32,000 nt of DNA, from positions 2,070,001-2,102,000 of the forward strand of contig NC_017080.1 of the NCBI RefSeq assembly GCF_000284115.1, given 5' to 3'. This document shows, piece by piece, positions 8,884 through 16,514 of this stretch (positions are counted from its first letter, which is position 1; the number at the start of each line of letters is the position of its first letter). The notes beneath the pieces were generated by a model, which ran no database searches, was not told the DNA's origin, and saw only the letters and a list, made by a program, of their open reading frames with translations. Source of the stretch: Phycisphaera mikurensis NBRC 102666. GTDB taxonomy: Bacteria; Planctomycetota; Phycisphaerae; Phycisphaerales; Phycisphaeraceae. A program made the translations under genes and the position numbers.

Positions 8884-9927
8884 ATGCAGAATCGCCCCCG
8901 ACTCCTCCTCGCCGCCGCCGTCCTCCCCGCGGGTGCCGCTCTGGCCGCCGACCACCTCGACGCCCCGAGCGTCGCCGCCAACGGCCAGGCCGACATCAAC
9001 GACCTCTACGCCTTCCAGTCGCCGACCAACGCCGACAACACGGTGCTGATCCTGACGGTCAACCCCGCCGCCGGCGTGCTCTCGCCGACGACCTTCGGCG
9101 ACGACGTGCGGTACGACATCCTCATCGACAGCGACGGCGACGCCCTCGCCGACGCCAGCTACTCCACGTCCTTCTTCACCCGGGAAGACGGCCGCCAGGA
9201 CTTCACCGTCACCCGCGGCGGCGAGGCGTACGCCTCGGGCACCACCGGTGCCCGCTCGACGAGCGTCAGCGGCGGCCAGGTGACCGCGGGCCTCTTCGAG
9301 GACCCGTTCTTCTTCGACCTCGATGGCTTCAACGACGGCTTCGCGTTCACGGGTGACGACTTCTTCGCCGGGCTCGACGTGAGCGCGATCGTGCTGGAGG
9401 TGCCCAGCGCCGAGCTCGGCGCTGTGCAGGTCGGGCTCTACGCCGAGACCCGCGTCGACGGCGAGCGCTTCGACCTGATGGGCCGCCCCGCCATCAACAC
9501 CGTGCTGCTCGAGGGCGACCGCAAGGAGCTCTTCAACGACGTCGACCCCGCGGACCAATTCTCGGTCTTCGGCGAGGAGGTGACCGCCAAGATCGCGTCG
9601 CTCTCCGACCAGGAGAACGCGGAGTCGCTCACCCCGATCCTGTTGCCCGATCTGCTGACCTACGACAGCTCCAGCGACGCCGGGTACCTCAACGGCCGCC
9701 GGCTCGACGACGACGTCATCGACGCGAGCCTGAGCCTGCTCACCGCCGGGGCCCTGGTCTCCGACGGCGTCGACGGCAACGACAGAGCGTTTCTGAACGC
9801 CTTCCCCTTCCTCGCCGCCGCCAACGGGGACGGCCCGGTCCCGATCCCGACGCCCTCGGCCGCCGCCGCCGGCCTCGCCCTGCTGGGCGTGGGCGTGGCC
9901 CGCCGCCGCCGCCGCGTCGAGGCCTGA
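8884..9927 (+). CDS. DUF4331-family secreted protein with a PEP-CTERM-like C-terminal anchor
   Basis: ATG 8884 inside track ORF 7456..9927; the upstream 476 codons are an RPG-rich shadow. Signal peptide is followed by ADHLDAP....ADINDLYAF, and later FEDPFFFDLDGF. Both are landmarks I associate with DUF4331. The C-terminus is VPIPTPSAAAAGLALLGVGVARRRRR. Confidence 0.7.
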   Translation: MQNRPRLLLAAAVLPAGAALAADHLDAPSVAANGQADINDLYAFQSPTNADNTVLILTVNPAAGVLSPTTFGDDVRYDILIDSDGDALADASYSTSFFTREDGRQDFTVTRGGEAYASGTTGARSTSVSGGQVTAGLFEDPFFFDLDGFNDGFAFTGDDFFAGLDVSAIVLEVPSAELGAVQVGLYAETRVDGERFDLMGRPAINTVLLEGDRKELFNDVDPADQFSVFGEEVTAKIASLSDQENAESLTPILLPDLLTYDSSSDAGYLNGRRLDDDVIDASLSLLTAGALVSDGVDGNDRAFLNAFPFLAAANGDGPVPIPTPSAAAAGLALLGVGVARRRRRVEA

Positions 9928-9946
9928 GCAGCCCTCCGCTGGGCAG

Positions 9947-9980
9947 CGCCGCCGCGGACCGCCCCCGGTCGGCGGCGTTT
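9947..9980 (+). terminator. hairpin plus short T-run after the DUF4331 gene
   Basis: CGCCGCCG (9947-9954) pairs with CGGCGGCG (9970-9977). Inner GACC/GGTC pairing is possible. TTT follows at 9978-9980. Confidence 0.4.
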
Positions 9981-10089
9981 CGGTGCGCCGTCCGCGGCTC
10001 CCGGCCCCGCCTCCTCTGCGAACCGACCCGCGTCCTGCGCAGGAGACCGTCCCGATCCGCTCTGCGGGGCGTCGGAAGGGTCTTCTGCG

Positions 10090-10163
10090 TGGGCCATACT
10101 GGACTCGAACCAGTGACCTTCTCGATGTCAACGAGACGCGCTAGCCAGCTGCGCCAATGGCCC
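10090..10163 (-). tRNA. tRNA-Val(GAC): tRNA-Val (anticodon GAC)
   Basis: Reverse complement: GGGCCATTGGCGCAGCTGGCTAGCGCGTCTCGTTGACATCGAGAAGGTCACTGGTTCGAGTCCAGTATGGCCCA. It has a 7-bp acceptor stem GGGCCAT/ATGGCCC, D arm GCGC...GCGC, anticodon stem TCTCG/CGAGA with loop TTGACAT, and T arm ACTGG-TTCGAGT-CCAGT. CCA is not encoded. Confidence 0.9.
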
Positions 10164-10229
10164 GGTGCCCGGCGGGGCGCGGGATCCGCGGGGGGAGCAT
10201 AACGCAGAGCCGCCCGCCGTGGCGGCCGC

Positions 10230-11732
10230 TCACGCGGCGATGCGCGGGCGGGGCGCCGCGGCGGGCTCGGGCTCGGCGGACCAGGTGGAGGGCTCGAAGC
10301 CGTGGCGGTCGAGGTGGCCACGGAGCCCCTCGACGGCGCCGCCGCAGACGGCGGTGCGTGCCTCGGCTTCGAGGATGGACAGCACCTTCTCCCGGGGCAT
10401 CGTGGCGCGGTAGGGCCGCTCCGCGGTCATGGCCTCGTACATGTCGGCGACGGCGAGGATGCGGCTGTGCGGGTGGATGGCGTCGCCGACGAGGCCGCGG
10501 TGGTAGCCGGTGCCGTCGAGTTTCTCGTGGTGGCCGGCGGCGACCTCGCTCAGATCGCCGAGCCCCCGGACCCGCCCGAGGATCTGGTGGGTGAAGGCCG
10601 CGTGCTGGCGCATCTCGCGGAACTCGGCGTCGTCGAGCTTGCCGGGCTTGTCGAGGATCGTGTTGGAGACGCCGAGCTTGCCGACGTCGTGCAGCAGCGC
10701 GGCCCGGCGGACCTGCCGCACCTCCGCGGCCGGAAGCCCCTGGTGGCGGGCGATGCCGACCGCGAGCTCCTCCACGCCCTCGCTGTGGCGGCGGGTCCAG
10801 GGGCTCTTGGCGTCGACGACCTGGGCGAAGCCGATCGCGATGTCGTCGATGCGGGCGTCGTCGGCGAGCAGCCGCTTCTCGGGCGGCTCGAGGTCGACCA
10901 ACGCGGCGAACGGATCGGCGGTGTAGACGCCCGACCAGAAGTTGGTCTGGTTCTCCAGCCGAAGCGCCACGTCGGCGATCGTGGGGTCGAACCAGTGGCC
11001 GCGTCGCCGGCGGAGCATGTCCATGCCGGCGCCCACGCCGTGCGCGGCGACGAAGACCTCCAGCGTCTGGGCGAGCCCGAGCACGCGGGCGAGCAGCGGG
11101 ATCGCCTCCCGGCGGGTGCCGTGGGGGTGGCCGCGTCCGTCCCAGTGCTCGTCGAGCGCGTAGATCGCTTCGGAGGTGGCCTCGGGGACGCCGAAGAGCC
11201 GGGAGATGGCGGCGCCACGCTCGCACCGGATCGAGATCATCTCCCGCCCGGCCGCGGGCCCGGCGGCGCCGATGCGGGCGGCCCGGCCGATCTTCTCGAT
11301 CATGGTGCCGCTGCCGAAGGCGTGCCGCGTCGTGTACTTGATCGATTCGCCGAGGCGGGCCCAGTCGACGGTCTTGAAGTCGCGTTTGATGCCCCGATCG
11401 TCGCCGCCGAAGAGGTTGGCGATGCGTGCGGCGTTGCTCGAGCAGCCCAGGTCCTTGAGCTGGCTGGCGTAGAAAAGAGCGGAGTGCTCCTCGACGCTGA
11501 GATGCAGCTCCGACGCGATCTGCATCGCGATCAGGCAGGTCCGGGCGGAGTGGCCCTGCGGCTGTCCCTCGGTCACGTCCAGCGCGGCGGAGAGGGCGGA
11601 GACGAGGTCGGCGAGGCGGATCGTCGGGGCGGGTGCGGACGCGGCATCGGGGGCCCCGGCCCCGCCCGGCGGCGTGGGGCCGGCTTGCAGGGGGCGGTCG
11701 TTCGTCGTCGAGGCGGGCGTGGGGTGATCCAT
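10230..11732 (-). CDS. tandem HD-GYP domain protein (putative cyclic-di-GMP phosphodiesterase/sensor)
   Basis: 500 aa. The C-terminal domain carries HDVGKLGV and HHEKLDGTGYH (HD-GYP signature with P replaced by H). The N-terminal half is a degenerate copy (LKDLGCSS, DEHWDGRGHPHG). Confidence 0.85.
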   Translation of the reverse strand: MDHPTPASTTNDRPLQAGPTPPGGAGAPDAASAPAPTIRLADLVSALSAALDVTEGQPQGHSARTCLIAMQIASELHLSVEEHSALFYASQLKDLGCSSNAARIANLFGGDDRGIKRDFKTVDWARLGESIKYTTRHAFGSGTMIEKIGRAARIGAAGPAAGREMISIRCERGAAISRLFGVPEATSEAIYALDEHWDGRGHPHGTRREAIPLLARVLGLAQTLEVFVAAHGVGAGMDMLRRRRGHWFDPTIADVALRLENQTNFWSGVYTADPFAALVDLEPPEKRLLADDARIDDIAIGFAQVVDAKSPWTRRHSEGVEELAVGIARHQGLPAAEVRQVRRAALLHDVGKLGVSNTILDKPGKLDDAEFREMRQHAAFTHQILGRVRGLGDLSEVAAGHHEKLDGTGYHRGLVGDAIHPHSRILAVADMYEAMTAERPYRATMPREKVLSILEAEARTAVCGGAVEGLRGHLDRHGFEPSTWSAEPEPAAAPRPRIAA

Positions 11733-11938
11733 CCGCCTGGTCGATCGGCTGGGCGGACGGGGGCCTGCAGGCGGGCGCCTCGCCCTCTCGACGAAAGCGG
11801 GCCGGCTGGGCGGGCTGCGCCGGTGTGCCCGCCGGTGCGGGTTTCGGCGCGACCCAGCCGAGGCGGAGGCACGCCCCCGCGCCGAGGACCGCCCGTTGAC
11901 CCGGCTCGCCGCTCCCGCTACCCTCTCCGCCCGACGAA

Positions 11939-12011
11939 GCCCCCTTCGTCTAGTGGCCTAGGACATCGCCTTCTCATGGCGAGAACAGGGGTTCGACTCC
12001 CCTAGGGGGTA
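11939..12011 (+). tRNA. tRNA-Glu(CUC): tRNA-Glu (anticodon CTC); its 3' 21 nt lie inside attL
   Basis: GCCCCCTTCGTCTAGTGGCCTAGGACATCGCCTTCTCATGGCGAGAACAGGGGTTCGACTCCCCTAGGGGGTA is colinear with E. coli tRNA-Glu. Anticodon stem is TCGCC/GGCGA with loop TTCTCAT. T arm is AGGGG-TTCGACT-CCCCT. Acceptor stem is GCCCCCT/AGGGGGT, with a G1-U72 wobble. Confidence 0.9.
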
Positions 12012-13317
12012 AGGGTCCCGTGCGGACCGCACCACGATGCCCCCCAGTGCCTCGCACGGGGGGTTTTTCGTTGCCGGTGCCCCCCCTTGCCCGCGGAGCG
12101 CGCACCACAGGGCGCACCACTCCCGCCTCGGCTCCGGCCGCGCCGCCCACGTCCGCCCCGGGCTCCGCCACCGCCCGCGCCCAGTGATCCGCCGTGATCC
12201 GGTTGTAGTGCGCGTCCGCCACCTTCTCGGAGTTCCCGAGCCACGCCGCCACCACGTGCCCGGCGTAGCGGTCGTTCAGGTCGGTCTGCCGGCTCGCCCG
12301 CAGGGCATGGAACAGCCGGGGCCACGGCTTCAGGCCCGCCCGGTCGATCGCCGCCAGCACCGGCTTGCGGAACGCCTGCCCGGTCCGCGTCGCCGCGTAG
12401 GGCACCACGTGCACCGCGCCCGCGGGCGCGGCCTCGAAGGTTTCCCGCAGGGCCTCCAGCAGCTCGGGGAACAGCGGCACCTCCCGGGTTTCGTGCCCCG
12501 CGTGCCCGGCGGTCTTCGGGCTCCGCACCAGCAGGCGGCCGGCGGCCCAATCCACGTCCGCCCACAGCATCCCCTCCACCTCGGACGGGATCCGCACGCC
12601 GCCCCAGCGGGCCAGGATGAACAGCGTCCGAAGCTCCCCGGTGGACAGTGCCCCGCGGCCTTGCAGCTCCGCCAGCACCGCCAGGGCGTCCGCCTCGGGC
12701 ACGTACGCGGCCCGCTCGGGGTTCGGCATCGACGTGATCGGCAGGTGCCCGAAGGGGTCCACCGCCTCGCCCACCAGCTTCTTCCGCCGGCCGTAGCGGA
12801 ACAGGTCCCGCAGGTCGCCGGTCGTCTTCCGCGTCGTCGCCTCCGCCAGCCCCTTCCGGCCGGGGCCGGTGCCCCGCATCCACGCCCGCCAATCGTCGGC
12901 GTCGCCGGCGGTCACGGTGTCCGGGTTGCGGTCCGCCCCGAAGTGCTCCAGCAGGTACCGCCGCGACTGCCCAAGCCGCCGCACGGTGTTCGGCTTCTTC
13001 GTCGCGGCCTTCGTCTTCAGCCACGCCTCGGACAGCTCCCCGAGCGTTGCGGTTGCGGCGGCCTCCAGGGGCTCCGCCAGCCCGCAGGCCACCAGCCGCT
13101 CCCGCAGCGTCCCCTCCACCCGCGACAGCCACGCCCGCGTCGGCGGCGTCGGCTCCAGGCCCGCCGCCCCCGCGGCCTCCAGCTCGCCCACGTGCGCGGC
13201 CACTTGCTCCGCCCGCCGCTTCGCCATCTTCCCGAGCCACACCGCCCGCCGTCGGCCGTCTCGGAGTCTCACGTACACCCGCACGTTTCCGCGGGGATCG
13301 GTCGTCATGCTCGCCAT
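11974..13317 (-). CDS. int: tyrosine recombinase / phage-type integrase
   Basis: Trimmed to ATG 13317, preceded by AGGAAC. Catalytic signature present: ARWGGVRIPSE (Arg), HALRASRQT (H-x-x-R), AHYNRI (Tyr). The ORF has no stop until 11974, so its low-complexity tail crosses attL and overlaps the tRNA 3' end on the opposite strand. Confidence 0.9.
   Translation of the reverse strand: MASMTTDPRGNVRVYVRLRDGRRRAVWLGKMAKRRAEQVAAHVGELEAAGAAGLEPTPPTRAWLSRVEGTLRERLVACGLAEPLEAAATATLGELSEAWLKTKAATKKPNTVRRLGQSRRYLLEHFGADRNPDTVTAGDADDWRAWMRGTGPGRKGLAEATTRKTTGDLRDLFRYGRRKKLVGEAVDPFGHLPITSMPNPERAAYVPEADALAVLAELQGRGALSTGELRTLFILARWGGVRIPSEVEGMLWADVDWAAGRLLVRSPKTAGHAGHETREVPLFPELLEALRETFEAAPAGAVHVVPYAATRTGQAFRKPVLAAIDRAGLKPWPRLFHALRASRQTDLNDRYAGHVVAAWLGNSEKVADAHYNRITADHWARAVAEPGADVGGAAGAEAGVVRPVVRAPRARGGTGNEKPPVRGTGGHRGAVRTGPLPPRGVEPLFSP
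11991..12016. repeat. attL: 26-bp direct repeat GTTCGACTCCCCTAGGGGGTAAGGGT
   Basis: Identical to 19833-19858. It covers the tRNA-Glu T-loop through 5 nt past the discriminator base. Confidence 0.9.
12040..12068 (+). terminator. intrinsic terminator downstream of tRNA-Glu, supplied by the integrated element
   Basis: CCCCCC-A-GTGC [CTC] GCAC-GGGGGG followed by TTTTT (12064-12068). It starts 29 nt after the tRNA 3' end and lies antisense within the low-complexity tail of the integrase ORF. Confidence 0.65.
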
Positions 13318-13434
13318 GTTGTTCCTGCCTTGCCTTCTTGCGGGGCCCCAGCCCCTCGGGTGATCCACCGCGACCGTAGAGAGCCGCGGGCCGGCGCGCC
13401 AGCGGGTGCCGGCTTCCACGCCTCTTCCTGCCCG

Positions 13435-13971
13435 TCAGAACCCCGGCAGCGCCGCCGCCTCGGGCCTCGGGGTGTTCGCCGCCTCCAGGGCCTCGGCACC
13501 CGGGGGCGTCCAGCGCTGCGCCTTCAGGTCGGCCCGCGTCACGTCCAGCGCGTCGCCAAACAGCCGCCGGAACCCGGGGGCGTCGCCGGCCTCCGCGACC
13601 CGAGCCGCCCACCGGGCCGCCAGCGGCCGCACCACCTCCGGGGGCCACGCTGCCCGAAGGGCCACCAGCAGCCGCTCCGCTGCGCCGTCCGCGGGGGCGT
13701 CTCCGTTCCACAGCCGCACGCCCATCGCATCGGCCACCGCCCACAGCGGGGGAAGGCTGCCCGAAGGGAAGGGCGGCGGCGGGCCGCACGCCTCCCCGAG
13801 CACCAGCAGCCGCAGCAGGGACAGACGGGCGGCGGCGGCCTCCGCCACCAGCGCCGGCGGCAGGGCCTCACCCGCGGCCGGGTCCAGCCGCAGCTTCACC
13901 CGAGCCGCAACGCCCGCGGTCTCCAGCCGCTCCAGCAGGTCCGCCGCGGCGGGGGGGTTGCTGCCGCTCAC
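13435..13971 (-). CDS. hypothetical protein (element-encoded)
   Basis: GTG at 13971 overlaps the stop of the replication gene (GTGA at 13968-13971). Third-position GC bias looks coding. The N-terminal DLLERLETAGVAARVKLRLDP..GEALPPALVAEAAAARLSLLRLLV weakly resembles short docking-helix motifs (TubC-N-like pattern). This is a weak resemblance only. Confidence 0.55.
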   Translation of the reverse strand: MSGSNPPAAADLLERLETAGVAARVKLRLDPAAGEALPPALVAEAAAARLSLLRLLVLGEACGPPPPFPSGSLPPLWAVADAMGVRLWNGDAPADGAAERLLVALRAAWPPEVVRPLAARWAARVAEAGDAPGFRRLFGDALDVTRADLKAQRWTPPGAEALEAANTPRPEAAALPGF

Positions 13972-16514
13972 AGCTCCACTCCCTCCCCGATGCCCGGGGT
14001 CGGCGGCTCGGGCGTCGCTCCGCCGCCACCCGTGCGGGATCCACTCACAGAACCCACAGAACCCCGGGCCGCCGGGGGTTGTGTGAGTTTCGTGCGCGGC
14101 TTTTCCTCCGGCAGGGGCCGCGGGCGGCGCCACGCGTAGCTCACGCTCGGGGCTCCGCCCTTGGCGGTCGTCGGCACCTCTTGCTCCAGCAGGTGCCCGT
14201 GATCCCGCAGCAGCTCAAGCGCCCGCGTCACCGGCTCCGCCTTCCGGCCGATCCCGCTCCAGCCCTTCGCGTACACGTCCCGGCCGCTGAAGCGCTCCGG
14301 CAGGTCGCCCGCCTCCAGCCGCTCCAGGATCCGCCCGGCCCGCTCCACAGCCTCCCGCGTCTCGGACAGCAGCACCCGGCGGGCGTGCGCCTCGAAGTAC
14401 GCCGCCAGCTCCAGGGCCCGCCGCAGGGCGTCGTCGGTTACCCGGTGCGGGTCCGCCACTGCCGCCGGCTCGGTCGCGTCGGCCACGTGCAGCAGAAGCG
14501 CGAGGCTCGGCACCAGCTTCCGCAGCTTGGACAGCCACCCGGACATCATCGGGGATCGCTCCCGCGGCAGCCGGGCCTCCAGCACGTGCCGCCACGCCCG
14601 GAACCGCTCCAGCGCATCGCCGCAGAATCGCAGGTGCGGGATCGCGTCCGCGGGAGCGTTTTCATCCACCCGCCCCCCGAGCCTTGCGGGGTCGGTTGTC
14701 GCGGCCCGCTCGTACGCAGCCTCGGCTCGGGCGAAAGCCACGCGGTCCGGCTTCCGGTCTACGTCCCGCCACTCCGCGGGATGGTCGGGCCAGGTCATCG
14801 CTTGCAGCCTGTCCAGGAACCCGTCGGCTCGGGTGCCACCCGCAGCGACCGCGGCCACCAGCGCGGCCATCGGCTCGGGTTGAATCGCGCCGCACACAGA
14901 CAGGCACATCCGATCCACGTAGACCTCGCCCCGCCTGATCCGGTCCAGCGATAGGCACCCGTCGCCGTTCCAAGCCTCCAGGCACAGCGCCCGCTCTTGC
15001 TCCCGCCCCTTCTTCTCCAGCCCCGCCAGCCACCCGGGCAGCTCATCGCGCAGCAGGGTCACGCCCGCAGGGTTGTGCTCCATGATCGCGTGCAGCTTCT
15101 CGGGCGTCGCATCGTTCACCACGTACCGCCGCGGGGTCGGCGCCGCCGGCGGCTCCACCTCGCCCAGCAGCCGCTCCGCTTCGGCCATCGCCTCCGCGTC
15201 GTCACCCGCCGCCGCCTTCTTCAGCACCGCCTCCGCCGCGGCTCGCTTAGCCTTGAAGGTCGTCACCTTCAGCTCATACGCCGCCTCGGCTTCGGCGTTG
15301 CTCTTCCTCGCCCGCTTCTCCAGCCGCTCCAGCATCCGCTTCGGCTCCTTCATCGCCGGCGTCTTCATCGTGCCCGGTGAACCCACCACGCCGCCCCACA
15401 GGTTCGGAATCTCTTCCCATGTTGTGTCGTCTCCCTTCGGGCGGATGCACAGCCGCGCACCCACGGCTCCGCTGAAGGTCACCAGCGCCGCCACCGCCAC
15501 GTAATCCAAGGGGCATTGCATCCGGTCGGCCACGTCCAGGCACCACAGGCGGAACGCCTCGGGCAGCCACGCGGGATCGAAAGGCGGCACCGCCAGCAGC
15601 GGCGGGGGCAGCGGCCGCGGCTCGGGAGTGCCTGCCGGCTCCGCCTCCGCCGCCAGCGCCTCCACCGCAGCCCGCACCGCCCCGGGGTCCGCCTCCCGCT
15701 CCAGCGCGTCCACCAGGTCACCCCGGGGGGGCAGGTCCGCCCAGCGGTCCACCAGGTGCACCACCCGCACGTCGGCGGCCACGTCGCCCAGGTGATCCGC
15801 GACCCGAGCCGCCCACTTCCTGCCGGGGTCGTCATGGTCCGCCAGCACCCGCACGCAACGGCCTCGAAGCGCTTTCCAGTCGGTTGCATCGACGGGGGCA
15901 CCGCTGCCGCCCGCAGCGGTCACCGTCACCAGACCGGCCTCGGCTCCGGCGTCGGCGGCCTTCTCCCCCTCCAGCACGTCCACCGGCAGGGAAGGGTTGG
16001 CCGCCAGTAGCTCGGGGAGCCGGTACAGCGGGCGCGGCTTCGGCATCGCCTCCGCACGCCACAGCCCATCGACGGGGCAGCGGCTCGCCTGCCGGTAGGT
16101 CTTCCGGCCGCCGGCTTCCTCGAAGCGCAGCACCACGCCCACCGGCTTCTCCGCAGCGTCCCGGTATGTCCACCGCCCGGCCGCGGGGCCACGCTGCCCA
16201 TACGCGGCCTTCACCAGCTCCGCGGCGGTCCCGTAGCCTCCCGGCCTGTTCTCTCCCGCGTCGCCCGTCTCCAGCGGGGCCGCGGCTTGCGGGCGCTTCG
16301 CCGGCATCCACGTCCCGGTCGTCGCCTCGGGCGGGGCGTCGTCGGCCGCGAATACTCCACCGCCATCCTTCGCCGCCAGCAGCTTCCAGCCGGGCGGGGG
16401 GGCCGCCAGCCGCTCACACTTCACGCGGGAACCGTTGCCCATCCGGGCGCACCAGTCCGGCTTGCCGCACACAGGGCAGGGCTCCGCTTTCGTCACGGTG
16501 TTGAAGTCGCTCAA
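13968..16514 (-). CDS. replication protein: N-terminal Zn-finger + TOPRIM-like primase module + DUF3987 (YfjI-like) helicase-loader-like domain
   Basis: Proposed TTG start at 16514 overlaps the upstream stop (TTGA). Zn motif: CPVCGKPDWC...KCER. TOPRIM acidic motifs: LEGEKAADAG and RVLADHDDPG. DUF3987-like block: PLDYVAVAALVTFSGAVG...GSPGTMKTPAM...NDATPEKLHAIMEHNPAGVTLLRDELPGWL. The start codon is uncertain. Confidence 0.8.
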   Translation of the reverse strand: MSDFNTVTKAEPCPVCGKPDWCARMGNGSRVKCERLAAPPPGWKLLAAKDGGGVFAADDAPPEATTGTWMPAKRPQAAAPLETGDAGENRPGGYGTAAELVKAAYGQRGPAAGRWTYRDAAEKPVGVVLRFEEAGGRKTYRQASRCPVDGLWRAEAMPKPRPLYRLPELLAANPSLPVDVLEGEKAADAGAEAGLVTVTAAGGSGAPVDATDWKALRGRCVRVLADHDDPGRKWAARVADHLGDVAADVRVVHLVDRWADLPPRGDLVDALEREADPGAVRAAVEALAAEAEPAGTPEPRPLPPPLLAVPPFDPAWLPEAFRLWCLDVADRMQCPLDYVAVAALVTFSGAVGARLCIRPKGDDTTWEEIPNLWGGVVGSPGTMKTPAMKEPKRMLERLEKRARKSNAEAEAAYELKVTTFKAKRAAAEAVLKKAAAGDDAEAMAEAERLLGEVEPPAAPTPRRYVVNDATPEKLHAIMEHNPAGVTLLRDELPGWLAGLEKKGREQERALCLEAWNGDGCLSLDRIRRGEVYVDRMCLSVCGAIQPEPMAALVAAVAAGGTRADGFLDRLQAMTWPDHPAEWRDVDRKPDRVAFARAEAAYERAATTDPARLGGRVDENAPADAIPHLRFCGDALERFRAWRHVLEARLPRERSPMMSGWLSKLRKLVPSLALLLHVADATEPAAVADPHRVTDDALRRALELAAYFEAHARRVLLSETREAVERAGRILERLEAGDLPERFSGRDVYAKGWSGIGRKAEPVTRALELLRDHGHLLEQEVPTTAKGGAPSVSYAWRRPRPLPEEKPRTKLTQPPAARGSVGSVSGSRTGGGGATPEPPTPGIGEGVEL

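Noticed and set aside
12002-14139. ORFs 12002..13789 (595 aa, minus) and 12037..14139 (700 aa, plus)
   Set aside because: They are shadows of the integrase and the following gene. Their composition is dominated by R/G/P/A with no recognisable domains, while the integrase frame carries the full R..HxxR..Y signature.
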